From Bugula neritina (taxonomy: Eukaryota > Animalia > Bryozoa): a stretch of 15,379 bases of DNA. Each line of letters begins with the position of its first letter. Position 1 is the first letter of the stretch. The notes beneath the pieces are model-generated. The model was not told the origin of the DNA. It was given only the letters and a program-made list of their open reading frames with translations, and ran no database searches. Made by a program: the position numbers and the translations under genes. Shown one piece after another: positions 1 through 12,547 of this stretch. The stretch is taken from the NCBI GenBank assembly GCA_964035545.1, contig CAXIUT010000152.1, forward strand, positions 1 to 15,379. Direction: 5' to 3'.

Positions 1-2
1 GG

Positions 3-1679
3 TTGAGAACTGAATAGCCACTACTGCATATGCCATATAGTCAATGTAATCAACATAATCATTGTAATCATGGTTGTAATCATGGTTGCTCTCATGAAAG
101 GCAAAATGTTTCATATCATTTACAAAGTCCAAGTTATGTCACTAATAGAATGTCTGAGGATGATGGAAGTCGAGTTCAAAGATACACTGAAAAAAGAGAA
201 GTGAATTATCAGCCATTGTCATCTGAGACATAAATTTCTAGAGTTATTCATAGTCCTATCAAAAATAAGGTTAAAAATAAGGTCAAAAATAAAAGGAAGC
301 CTAATCCAAAAGCCCGTAGACGTTTCAGAGTGGCTGTTTTTGCTGTTTATTTTAGTATATTAATACCTTGTCTTGCCCGTAGGATCTATAATAACAAATT
401 AAAAGCATTTATGGCTCAATATCCTCATGAAATAAAGAAGTACTATGTATCAACTAACTAGCCAGCATCAAAATTCAAGTACGACTAGGCTAAAATTTGG
501 TCTAAAATGTAATAGAAAATGAATTTTATGTAGCAGGTATAAAAGTTGAATTTATAATCTATTTTAAAGAATGCTGAAGATGTGAGACAAGTAAAGGTAC
601 GTTTTCAATTTTTAATAAATTAAGAATTAGATTCAAGTTAGCAAGATCATAAAGAACATCTCACGAATGAACAACAACTTATGTTTCCTAAAAGTATAGA
701 GTTTTGTTTGGCTAAATTATTAAATATTGTCAATACAATAACTCATAGTTTTTCTGATGTTTTTGCTCAATAAGATTATATCAGTAATTATTGGAAAACT
801 ATTTCTCAAGGATTACTTAGTGGTACTTTTTTCAATAATTCTCGACCTAAATTACTTAAAAAAGTGTTAGTCACTGGACTAGTAAAGCCTCATCCTTATA
901 GATAGACAATAATTGTTCTTAATTAAGATATCTAAATTGCTCTTTTAACTTTTGACATTTTTTGTAGGATCTATATCTACCAATCGATGAGAAAATTATT
1001 CAAAGAAAAGTAACTAGAGAAATATTCAACTTAAACAATGCTTGTTTCTAACTTTGTGCTCACTATGTTCTATCTTATAGGCTAAATGATTATTGATGAT
1101 CTTCTTAAGAATCATGTTCCTGGTGCAAAAAAAAAAATTAACAATACTCTGAATACAGAATAGCTGCATAAAGTCAATGATAAGAAAATAAGACCTATTA
1201 TTCCTCTTTCTATAAAGAAAAAATTGAAACCCACTGAAGCTAATACACACAAGTTACTTGCTGACCCGCCTATGATTGAATAGGCAAGTACTGCCATAAT
1301 ATAAAATGAAGAAGTAGTAAATGAAATTAAAAGTAAGATGCTCAGCGCTGGTAAAGAGCTGCATGGGTTGTTAAAAAAGTTTATAAAAAAAGATGCTATA
1401 TAATTTCGAGAAGGAACTATTAAGCAGAGACATATTATCCAAGAAGATGGCTAGAGAGCTTAAAATTTGTACAAGTATGAAAAGCGATAAAATCAAATTC
1501 ATTCTAAACATAAGAGTTCAGAGGTAATAGAATCAAAAAATTCTTTAGGAAATAGAAGATTATCTCCATCTCAGTAAAAATATATCGATCAATCTCCATC
1601 AAAGAATAAAAGACATTCTCCTTCTCCTTAGAAAACTAGGAAAGTAATCAGAATAAATAAAAACAAAAAAAGAATTTGA
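3..1679 (+). CDS. Hypothetical protein, probably 5'-partial (~558 aa visible, table 30)
   Basis: A single frame stays open from position 3 to TGA 1677-1679 when TAA/TAG are read as sense. It has a His/Cys repeat (HNHCNHGCNHGCSH), a basic KNKV repeat, a hydrophobic stretch (FRVAVFAVYFSILIPCL) and an SP-rich basic C-terminus. No family recognised. Confidence 0.75.
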
Positions 1680-1839
1680 TTCTATTCTAATGATATAATT
1701 ATAAATTTTTAAAGATTTGAATTGTAAATATTATTTTAGAATATATTTTAGAAGAAACACATCTATCTCTAATATTTTAGTTAAAAAAGTGAATATTTAA
1801 TATTTATTTGAAAAACAAGATGATGATGTTTGGTATAGA

Positions 1840-2352
1840 TCAAGCTGCTCCGTAACCCTTGTAGATGAAGTCGAATCTGCATGAGATATGTCCTTGCCAT
1901 GATTTGGGGTTAATTCTGACACTTCTGGCCCAGAATGGATCATCAAACCAATGTTTAACATGAGTATTTCTGTTGTTGTTAGCAGGGAAGTTATGTCCAT
2001 CATCAGCAGTATCCCAGTAAATTCCGTCATCAGAGTATGATACTTGGTAAGAAGTGATCCATTGGTTGGCGTTGTGTCTACCTTGAGTAATAACTCCGAT
2101 CCATTTCTTTCTGATTGGAGAGTTCACTTGGATCCATTGAGCTTGGTTGTTGCGGCGGGCAGCCCAGCAGTATTCAGAATCAAGTCTAGCAGCTAAGAAT
2201 TGCCAACCAGGCCAACATGTTGACCATGTAACTGGCATGCCAGATTGGACAGCATGGATGTCAAGAAGTTCCTTACCATGCTCTTCACTGTCCTCAAGAG
2301 CGAGGGCAGGAGTGCAGATAAGAAGGAGAACTGCAATGAGGAAGACCTTCAT
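1840..2352 (-). CDS. Secreted F5/8 type C (discoidin) domain protein, 170 aa
   Basis: Signal-peptide-like MKVFLIAVLLLICTPALA. Discoidin motifs ARLD..CW, QWIQV, GVITQGR, QWITSYQVSYSDDG..W, ARSVRINPKSWQGHISCRFD. ATG at 2352, TGA at 1842-1840. Confidence 0.92.
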   Translation of the reverse strand: MKVFLIAVLLLICTPALALEDSEEHGKELLDIHAVQSGMPVTWSTCWPGWQFLAARLDSEYCWAARRNNQAQWIQVNSPIRKKWIGVITQGRHNANQWITSYQVSYSDDGIYWDTADDGHNFPANNNRNTHVKHWFDDPFWARSVRINPKSWQGHISCRFDFIYKGYGAA

Positions 2353-2360
2353 GTTTTGAA

Positions 2361-2600
2361 TCAACTAATTAATGTGATTCCATGAAAGATATTTTGGATT
2401 TAAAGAACCTCTTTTATCGACTAAAGCATAAACTATTAAAAATCTAATAAATGAGGTTGTATATGTTCATAGATATCTGTGATTGTTTCTTACTTTGATT
2501 AACCTTTGATTTCTATGATTTCTTTAAGTTAGTCATCATCATTTTTGTTCTAATAAGTAATTATGAAAGCGATGATTTTACTTTTGATATCCCTTTTCAT
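2361..2600 (-). CDS. Possible small acidic protein, or last exon of an unresolved gene (79 aa from ATG 2600)
   Basis: Protein-like frame (ENKNDDDELKEIIEIKGESKEETITDIYEHIQPHLLDFEEFMLESIKEVLE) ending at TGA 2363-2361. It lies in an otherwise unusually long intergenic gap. Upstream exons were not resolved. Confidence 0.35.
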
Positions 2601-3082
2601 TAGAGTCAAATCCCATTTCCTTCATTTATTATATTTTTGCTAAAGATTTTATGCCATTTCGGTAAAGATCATGATGTTTCTCAACATGAAAATAGTAAAG
2701 CTGAAGTGATATCTAAATTAAAACTATTATAAACTAAAATATTTGAGGAATAAAGAAATGTTTTATTCGTTTTCAGTTAAAAATATATCTTAAAAATTAC
2801 GATTGCTTTGATAAAACTACAATAAAAAGTAAAAAATTATATCTCAATCAGAACTAGCTACAAAAGAGTGAGTATCATTCAAGAAAATTAAAAAAACTAA
2901 ACTTTGTAAATGGATAATATGGATAGATTTAGTAAAACTTTCATATTATAATCAATCAATTTCAAATACTGAATCTAATATTATAAATCATCTTATCTTA
3001 TAAAATAATTAATAATTAACAGCCTTTTTTAAAAGAAATAGAGCGATCTTAATATAACAAAGAGTATGATAAAGGAGAGTAA

Positions 3083-5639
3083 TCATTGGATGGTATCAGT
3101 GGGAAAATCTTTCACTTTTACAATAAATTTTCTTTTTCTCTTCATAATCTATAAGACCTAAACGTAGTCAGGATTGTTTTCTATTTTGTAAGATTCGCAT
3201 AAAGCTTTGCTTGACACGAAGTTAAACACACTATCAGTCTGCTTACCTTCCACATTGACAACTGGAATAGTTTTGTTAGTCTACCCTTCTCCACAGCAAG
3301 TTTTTATCACACAATCGAAAAGAACTTGTTTGAACATCCATACAATAAGGAACATAGCAAAGAAAGCAGAATAATAGTAAGTTCCAAAGACTCTTTGTAG
3401 GATGAATCCAATGTTTTCTACAAAAGCATTTTTGTTGCCATCAGTCTGAATATAAAAATAAGTACGAGGTTATCAAGGAAACTTTAATCGAACATGAAAA
3501 TATTCTGGTTTCCATCCATCCAAATAGTAAAGCAGAAGTGAATGATAATAGCATATGGAAGCCAGCTAGATACTGTTAGATCGAGTGCTTCATCTAACAT
3601 TTTTGGTACTCTGCAATATCTAAAGAAGTAGAACTTTTAGTATAAGTATCTTAAGATCAATGCGAAGAAGGTTATAATAGTGATAACTGGCATGCCTCCA
3701 CAGAAAGACAAACACATGAAAACTAGTGTTAAAATTTAGGCATAATCACTTTACAATTCAAATTCTTAAGGTAGTAAAAGTTTTTCCATTTTGGCTTGAA
3801 CTTCTTATTTCTAGGCTCTGCAGCGATTGATTTTTTCCATGATGCAGTAGTAGATAGGCATACTAAGAGCTGGATGGAAAACAAGGATGATACAATTGAA
3901 AAGAATTTGATATCCAATTTCAACGTACCAATCACTTTCAAAATCAGAATATTGGACTAAAGCATTAGTATTACTCTTGAGATAATCATTTGAGATAAAG
4001 ACAGTGATGGTATCTTTGAACGATATTCCCATTATATCTGCTTGTAACTAAATAAATAAAGTATTACCAGAACTGTTATCAGCACAGTTGTAGAGAAATA
4101 TACGAAAAATAAGTTTTGAATCATGGCTCTAGATTGGTCAGTATGTGTTTTATATCGTCTGAATTGGGAAAGGAATATCACAAAGTGTTTTAAAATGAAT
4201 TTTGTCAATACTATTACTATGGCAATCGCTATAGTTATAGCCAACTTGAGATAATACTTGTAGATGTAATCATAGCAAAAAGTATATATAGCTGTTCCTT
4301 AGCCAGACTTCAATACCTAAACTTGGTTAGATATACACCAACTTTGTGCTATTGTAGTGTTGGTTTATGCTAGGATGGTGGTTGAGGTGTAAGTTGAGGT
4401 ATCTATGGATGAAGCTGCAGAAGGGACAAGGATGTTGAGGAATGAAATAAGCAAAAATCCAATTGCAAGAGCAACTAAGAGCAACAAGTATTGGACGAGT
4501 ACTCGAATCCATCTAGTGCTCCATGTGACATGTTGGTTTTCCCAGATAATTTATCCAGGTTATGTGTGACATTCTTTGATAGTAATTTTTTATCCACAGA
4601 GAAGATAATTTTATGGAGTTTTATCTGAGCAGCAATCGATTGTTTTTCTTTGATGTTTTTATAGTTCTTTCAAGGCATTTTATCTTTCATTGATTGATGA
4701 AAAAGTAATATAGTATTGAATGATTTATTATTTTTAATCATCTTCATGAAGGACAAGTTCTTTGTATATTTCATCAACTTCTTATTGTTTTTTTAAAATT
4801 TATTCATTATAAGAGTCTACTTTTTATTCTTATTTTTTCAATTATAACTTTTTAAGTTCTATTTCAAGATCAAATATCTTTTTTGATAAAGCGATAGATT
4901 CTTGATAATTTCTAACAGGTGCTACTTCTACAACATTTCCAAATTGTTCCATAAACTTATAGATCTAATCAATCGTAACTTTTGCTGGAAATTATATCAT
5001 CTAAACAACACGATAGCTCTTAAGTTTGACCTAAGTTCTGATTTCTTATGTAATATTATTGCCTTTTTTTAACCAATAAAAGTAAAAGATAATGAATATT
5101 AGCATGACAACCATATCTGGAATGACATTCATGTATTTGAAAGTAGCCTGATATTCTGAAGATGATGCTTAGAAGTTTCCTATGGTTGTTGAACCCAACT
5201 TGTAGTTGAAAGAATCTCCTTTAGCCTCCATTACTGTTCCACTGATGACATTATAAATGACAGGAACCAATGATATTAAAGCCATGAGCCAGAAAGCAAA
5301 AATTAGAGATTTTTGAAATTCAAAAAACAATGATATTCCTGGGCCATATGCTTTGATTTTCTATAGATCTGTAAAGACGCCCATTTCTTCTCCTTTCAAA
5401 AATCTGTTACTTTTTTTTTCGGTGTTCTTTAGAGCAAGTTCAAAATCAGCTTTTTGAAATTTAGATGTTGAAACCATAAGACTTTCATCATTTCTTCCAT
5501 GGTTCTGTTATTTTGAATGTCCATTATTGTAGCTGATTTTAACAGCAGGGGTACCTTCCTGAGAAGGCCTAGCGCTTTTGTTGCCAGCCGAGTCTACAAT
5601 GAGTCCATTTGCTGAGTTCTAATTAGAAGAAGCATTCAT
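3083..5639 (-). CDS. OSCA/TMEM63(CSC1)/TMC-superfamily multi-pass membrane channel, ~838 aa; introns 4048-4067 and 3446-3465
   Basis: Motifs YGPGISLFFEF, TTIGN, EPGEIIWEN, YSDFESDWY, FCGGMP, RYCRVPKMLDE and many hydrophobic helices. Two 20-nt GT-AG introns restore the frame from ATG 5639 to TGA 3085-3083. Confidence 0.8.
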
Positions 5640-5692
5640 GTTTCAATAGAAATTCTATATTCAAATAATAATTTATTATGATAAAAGAACAT

Positions 5693-6221
5693 TCATGTAC
5701 TTTCCTATAAAATGTTTCTAACATCTTTGTAGAGATTCTAGAACAATTCAGATACGCTTATCTAATCTTATTTATCTTTCTTTATTTGCATCTAAAATTA
5801 TTTCTACCTTCTTTCTCTTTCTGCTTAAACCATTTCTGCTTCCATCTCTTTGAGTTATTTTTAAAGTTAAAAACTTCTTTTTTATAAGTTTTAGTTATTC
5901 TTTTTGATTTATTACAATTAACGCATTCTATTCTATCATCTCTATCTTCATATTCTAAACTGATTCTTTATTAAGAGTCATCATTTAGTTCTTGAGCTTC
6001 AAAACTTTTTTTTATTTAGTTATTTATTAAAATGTTTTATGAGGATGTTTTTCTTTGATCTAGTTTTTCAGAGTTTTATTTTATTGTTCTAGTTGATAGA
6101 TAAATTAAAATAATTCCATTCTATTGCATTGCTAAAGATATGGAAATGGGTTGCTTTTTAGGTCTTTTAAAGTATGTGGCTTGTTTAATTATTTCTCGAG
6201 TAACTTATCTACTCTTTTCAT
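5693..6221 (-). CDS. Hypothetical coiled-coil protein (exon structure uncertain)
   Basis: ATG 6221 opens an E/K-rich frame that ends at TGA 5750-5748 if unspliced. A second, strongly coiled-coil frame (ELEKELKEMEAEMVEAERERREKEFE) ends at TGA 5695-5693, which implies an intron or indel near 5900. Confidence 0.5.
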
Positions 6222-6334
6222 TTAAATCTACTCATAAATAGAAATAATTAAAAACATTCAATAAATTGTAATTAAAATCTTAAATTTGATTTTTTGATTT
6301 AATTGATGGCCCTTTACTAAACTATAAAGAGTTG

Positions 6335-8207
6335 ATGACATTCTAATTTAAATCTTAATTTAATAATCAAATAGTCCGTATGCGCTACTCCAATCTCTAA
6401 TAATAGTAAGACACCACCTCATCAAAGATAAGAAGATCGATTTACCTCATCATTTCAGTCTCTCTTCTTACCCACACCTTCTCACTCATCTACTCACTCA
6501 TCACCTATAAACAATCAAGTACCGCTTTCATCTCCATCATCATTTCTTCCCTCTCATGCTTCTTTATCTCCAGTTCTCATCTCACCATCTATGGTATCTC
6601 AGTCCTAGGAACCCTCTACATATCCATGATCAAACCTTTCTATACCACACATCAAATGTTCTACCTTGTGGCTCTCAGTGGAATCATCATGTTTGGCTTT
6701 TGGAAGCCTCTGCACTCCATTGGTTCTATCTTTCACTGTCTACCAGGTAAAATCCATGCAAGCATGGTCTCAGGAATAGTATTGATCGTTCTATCAAGGG
6801 TATTCTTTATTTAATTTAGTTTTTTCCTTTGGCCATTTAAAATACTCATGCGTTCTTTTAAATGTCATCAGAGAAAGCCATGGATAATCCTTTCACCATT
6901 TTGAATCTTTTATTTACCAACTTCAACGTTTTAACTTTGATATTGACCATACTATTGGTGTTGGCTTTGTTACTCATGCGTAAAAGACTATAAAAATTTC
7001 CAGTTATAGGTATAATGGCATTTTTAGGTTGTCTAATCAACTATGCTCATATCTTCAAATCATACTCTGATATCTGTAAAATAGAAGATGTCGATTGTAC
7101 TTTCTACATTATCGATAAAAGAAATATCATGGAGCCTACTCTCGCACAATTGATAGAAATTATTCCTCCTGCTCTTGTCATGACCATCATCCTCACCTTT
7201 TAACAATTTTTATATCTTTAAGAGTTCGAAAGAAGAGGAAAAAGATATAGAAACTAAGGAACTCTTGGATAAGTCACAACCTAAACTAAAGTTCTAGCTA
7301 TTGCTAATATCTTTTCAGGTTGTTTTGGAGGTCTACCTATCTGCATCAATATCTTTGGCACTTATTAAAATTTTGCTTTTAATAAACACTATGGCTTCAA
7401 GGGAACTAAATTAGTAGGACTTATGCAAATACCAATTAGTTTTTTCCTATACACCTTAGGAGCTCCTTATTTCTTCATGATTCCTATGTTTGTTCTCTTT
7501 ATTTTGGTTGCTACACCTGTAATATACTTTATTCGGAATGTTCTCAACTATCATTGGAATAATTTACATACAATACTCTTCATAGCTTTGATAAGTGTAT
7601 TTACACATCCGATAATAGCATTGATATTTGCCTGTTTTGTCTCAATTTATTAGATCTCAGAGTTACTAAAACCTGCTCCTTCTGAAGTCATGGTCGAATC
7701 CAATGAATCTCTTTCTTCTTCTAAAGGATTAAAAAGATAATCATCTTTGATGGCTCTTGTGGTTTAAAAAAACCAAGATGAAACGACAAAAAAAGAAAAC
7801 TAGTTTACCAATAGACTAGTAGAAATAGATGAAGATATTCCCATTGAGTATTAAGACAGATAATATGTCATATATCGTTTGATAGGTAAGAATAAAGTTA
7901 TGTAGGTTCTATCAGTTATATGAATTTCCATCATCATTTGAAAGTTTTAAATAGGATTGTAGATAAATATTGTAGGACGGATAAAAATTTACCTTTATTG
8001 CTCAGTCTTCGCTATTCACAGATAATAGATATTTAAACCTTAAACTAGATCGCCTTTTATGTTTAAAATTTGAAACAAAACAATGTAAAAGTTATTTTTA
8101 CTGGACTACATGATAAAATAATAGAACAAATCAAAGATATACCTTTCTTTGAACAAATGTTGCAAACAGAAGAGAAGTGTATTTATCGTATTAATGTCAG
8201 ACATTGA
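6335..8207 (+). CDS. Divergent SulP/SLC26-family anion transporter with C-terminal STAS domain, ~610 aa; introns 6800-6819 and 7886-7905
   Basis: Multiple TM helices. SulP motif ETKVLAIANIFSGCFGGLP. STAS-like tail YRLIGSISYMN...LLLSLRYSQIID...VKVIFTGL. Two 20-nt GT-AG introns restore the frame to TGA 8205-8207. Confidence 0.8.
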
Positions 8208-8298
8208 TTATTTACCTAGTTAAATCATAATTCATAAATATAAGTTAAATACAATTTAACATAACAAGAACTATAATAATAATATTAATATTATTTAT

Positions 8299-8374
8299 GG
8301 GGTTGGGGTTGGGGTTGGGGTTGGGGTTGGGGTTGGGGTTGGGGTTGGGGTTGGGGTTGGGGTTGGGGTTGGGG
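8299..8374 (+). repeat. Internal telomeric tract (GGGGTT)12+GGGG, 76 bp
   Basis: Perfect G4T2 repeats, the Tetrahymena-type telomere unit. The tract starts 91 bp after the SulP stop, following an AT-rich spacer. Confidence 0.97.
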
Positions 8375-10047
8375 ACATTTACTGGACTTTCAGGCACAGA
8401 CATTCGCTTACCAACTGATTATTCTTCTTTTTTGCCAACACTTCGAGATATTTTGCTTTCCTATCCTAAGATATTGGTCAGAGCCTGATTCTTAAAACCA
8501 ACCATATTCGAGATCACTCTTTTCAACTTATTAGATTATCTCGATGGATGATATTTATCCTCGATACAATGCACACTCGTTTATTTTGCTTTACAATTAC
8601 AACAACTTTCATCTAATCTTACACTTTTCTCACTTAAAATATCGACTTTCTTTGCTGAATCACATCTATTAATCTTCAAACATTGTCCTTCAGTTCCTCC
8701 AGTTGGCTTTCTATCTTTAATAGAAAGCTATTCAGTCACAAAAGTTACTAATTTATTGATTTTTCCTTATAAAAATTAAATAGCTTTTTTAGTTTGAATT
8801 CGATTGGCAAAAACTTTATCTTGTTTGGCAAATTACTATTGAATAGTTGTTCCTAAGTTATTTAAAGAATCCTAAAAATAAGTTGATTATATTTTTTTTT
8901 ACATTTTTTGGTTCATTATTTCAATATCACCAACTAGTTATTTATTATATTAGAAAAGTTCTCCTTTGTACATTCTCATGGATATTTATATATCTCCTTT
9001 GATAATTTCAGTCCTATCTTCCATCACTTAGAATAGCCGAGATTCTATGGTTGATAAATGTTAGTGTCGAAGCATTTTAGACATTTTATTTTAAAGATCC
9101 TATCTCATTTTTTACATTTATTTAGTTATCTTACTGTTTTATGAATTACAGTATTACTTTAGTGATTCAATATGAGTAGTTATTTATCCTTTAATCCATT
9201 ATTGATTTGCTTTATTTTACTTTTCTTTCATTTCATCGTTATCTGAGGATTACTATTATGAAGAATCATCTTCTTCTTTATTTTTATTAGTTAGGTTATC
9301 TTTGATAACAACCATTGAAGTTTAATTCAGAGATTAATTTTTACTTATTTTTTTGTTTAAACATAACTCATTACCCATTGATGATTGACTCTTGATCTAT
9401 TTTTCTCCAAAAGGTACAGTTTTATTTTTAGACTAAATTTTATCGACAAAGGCTGACTAGTATAGATTTTATTATCCTTATTCTTTTATTTTTTAAAACT
9501 ATCCTATTTAATGGTTAGAATAAACAGCTATTTTATATTCTTAGTTTTTATTTTTTTTATTTTTCTTTTATTTATCTAACTATTAACAAATCTACTATTT
9601 TTTCTTGATAATACTTTTCTTGATTTATCTAAAAATTGTTTACTTGATAAGTATTAATCAAAAGGCATATCCATTTGTAATGTTTTAACTTGTTAAGCCA
9701 TCCGATTATAATCATTATTCATTGTATTAAGTTTTTTATCTAACATTAAATGAGTAGTTCTGAATTAGTAATGTATATTTTTTGTTCCTGATTCTATCTT
9801 TGCTATCCCTAAATCAAAATAATAGTACTTTATTCTGTCTAACATAGTTTTGATTCTAAATTTTAGTTGTCTGAATAGAAAAATAAATACTATTATAGAT
9901 CTAATTGATCTTTTAGAGAAATGTTTGGATTATTTGATAGTGTTTGGATAGCATAGATTCAAACATATCCTTTGTATCTTTATTGATTGTTGTATTTTAT
10001 CCCAAATTTTATAGAACTCTTGGTTGTATTGTATGATGGAAATTCAT
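8375..10047 (-). CDS. Hypothetical K/E/N-rich protein with no stop before the telomeric tract; introns 9871-9890, 9809-9828 and probably 9576-9595
   Basis: ATG 10047. Three 20-nt GT-AG introns give one continuous frame ending ...KRMSVPESPVNV, which runs in frame into CCC AAC (Pro-Asn) repeats. Confidence 0.7.
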
Positions 10048-10132
10048 ATTTTCGATTTATAATTTCTATTCACATAAAATAACCCCTATTTGCATATGAT
10101 TAACTTATATTAATTGTCGATTGAAAATAAAA

Positions 10133-11065
10133 ATGGAACTGGCTAATGAGGGTATTTTGAATAGAAAAAAACAAAGTCAATCATCACCGACTATTTTCGC
10201 TAACAGAAATACTCTTTATCGAAAACTACATCAAATGACAACTCATAAATAATATTAATTCAAAAAAACATCTGCTTTTCCGATACATAAATATTAGTTT
10301 TTCAAAAATAGACTTGTAAATTATCTAGAATCATAAAAATAACACGTTATTGATCGAAATAAAACTATTAATAGCTTTGCTTTACGTAAAAGTCAATTTT
10401 TAGATAACAAAAAATTAAATAAATAAGGAAGAAGACCTATCCATTCTTAAAATAAAACTTAAAAATAAAATATCTTTAACTATTTACGTTCATTTTCTAC
10501 TTCTACTAACTTTAAAAGTAAAAAAAGTAAAATAAATAAAAAATAACTTGAGAAAACTTCTTTTTAGTTATATCCAAAATAATAATCCTCAATTTAAGTA
10601 CTTAATTTTTTAAACACAAGATCCAAATATACAGATAACTCTTTTCTTAATCCCAATCGTAAAAAATCTTTACCTGTATGTACGATCAATTTTGAACCGA
10701 AAAAGAGAAAGAATTCTAAAAGTAAAAATGTTTTTGATACTTATCTCACATAAAAATTAGGTTATCAGTCCTAGATATTTTAGAAAAATTCTTTTAAGAA
10801 AGCAAGTAAAAATTAAAAGTTTTTTGAAGAATAAAAAGACAATATTGACATATTTCAAACATCTTAAGTATTAATTCTTGAATAAAAACAAAAAGATGAC
10901 AAAGTTTCTAAATAAAAAAAAGAATAGAACTTAAAAATATTCAAAAAATCACCAAAAAAGCGATATTCGATTCAACTAAAACTTCAAAAAGGAAATAGTA
11001 TGGAACATTATGTCGGACCTTGGACTAAATAAGGAAATCCATAAGAAAATTAATCCAATTATTGA
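10133..11065 (+). CDS. Hypothetical basic low-complexity protein, 310 aa
   Basis: ATG 10133 to TGA 11063-11065 with no internal TGA. It is divergent from the upstream gene across an 85-bp spacer. Confidence 0.7.
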
Positions 11066-11124
11066 ATACTAATTTATCAAAATTTCTCATAGTTTATATA
11101 TCTTAATGCTTTTATATATTTAAA

Positions 11125-12442
11125 ATGACTGATCAGCAAAACCAGAGGGAATGGAAATATCCAAACCTTCCTCCTCGTCCTTTCACCTTCCCAGTAAAAG
11201 TTTCTCATCTGGATGTAGATAGTCCTGAATCTTCTCTTAACAAATCTCAATTGAGAGGATTCTTCAACATAGCTGGAATATTTGGTATTATCTTTTTCGT
11301 TACACAACCAATAATCAACTTCATAGACCATGGCTACTTTTTAGAAGCTACACTCTACAACACAGTCAAGGTAGATTTTTTATTTTGTCTTTTTAACTGG
11401 CCGTTATTCTTCATCTGGTAAATATCTTAATATGCAGGTCGTTTACTTCATATTTTTTACAAGTTCTTATCGTAAAAGGATTAAATATAAAACTAGCCTT
11501 AGTACTACAACACCTAACTCAAGCTGGTCTTTTCGCCTACTCGACCTACGTTATTCTTTAAAACGACTGGTGTTCAACCCATTCCTCATTTATAATCATG
11601 CAAGCCTGTGTCCACTTCATGAAAATGCATTCATATATTACAGTTAACAGGTACCATCTCCTTTATAAAGAGATATGCGCTAAAATTACGAATAGGCAAA
11701 ATTAAATAACAAATAACCTGAAACTAACTATCCAAATAATGTAACTCTATCAGATTTTTCTTTATTCATGCTGACTCCATGGCTAGTCTATGCTGTTTAC
11801 CCACGTCGAGCTGTCATCAACTACTTCTACTTATTCAAAAAAATGGTCTTTATCGTGGTTATACTTCTTACTCTCTACATGATAAACTCATAGTTCATTC
11901 AGCCTTGGATCCATCAAGTCGGAAAGATACCCATCTACTAACTAATCCTACGTTTAATGCTACCAACAACTCTCTTTGTTGTTATTTGTTTTTCTCTTGT
12001 TTTTTAGCAAATGTGTAACTTCTTTGCTGAATTGAGTCGACTTGATCACAGATAGTTTTATTAAGATTGGTGGAATTCGTATACGTATGAGTAGTTTAAT
12101 CGAAAATGGAATAAGCCAGTTCATCTATTTCTCTATAGACATGTATACCTTTAGCTAATGATTCGATATAAACAGTCGAAAGTGATTGCACAGGCATCTA
12201 CCTTTCTTTTTAGTGCTTTTCTTCATTAGTTTTTATTGGCTATTATTTTTAGGATAATTAGACCTATTTTAGTGATGTTTATCTTGTTTCAAGTGCCTTT
12301 GATAAAGTTTACTAAATGGATGAGAAATAATCGAGAGGGTTTGTATTTGATGTGGTTTGGACTAATGTTCGGACCCACTCTTATCCTCTGCACTTACTTT
12401 ATTGTAGATTAACAAGTAGCCAATATGTTCACCAAAAAGTGA
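11125..12442 (+). CDS. MBOAT O-acyltransferase of the DGAT1/SOAT(ACAT) family, 425 aa; introns 11418-11437 and 11651-11670
   Basis: Motifs LRGFFN, MKMHSY, YPNNVT, FAELSRLDHREFYEDWWNS, RKWNKPVH, RHVY and catalytic SAFLHE. I cannot distinguish DGAT1 from sterol acyltransferase. Confidence 0.93.
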
Positions 12443-12547
12443 TTCTTTATTCTAAATTACTCCTTTTTGTTAAACCTCGTAATTGAGAACTATAATTATG
12501 AATAACTACAATATTGCTTTAATGATTATTAAAATATCAAAAGTATA

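Noticed and set aside
597-630. Apparent GTAC...AG intron in the first gene
   Set aside because: The frame is open without splicing, and removing 28 or 34 nt shifts into a frame that hits TGA near 988.
2400-2414. TTAAAGAACCTCTTT resembling the Tetrahymena chromosome breakage sequence TAAACCAACCTCTTT
   Set aside because: It has three mismatches in the conserved core, is far from any telomere, and a Cbs is normally removed from macronuclear DNA.
8297-8488. ORF-track protein with (GL)n repeat
   Set aside because: It is a translation of the telomeric tract plus the antisense of a real gene.
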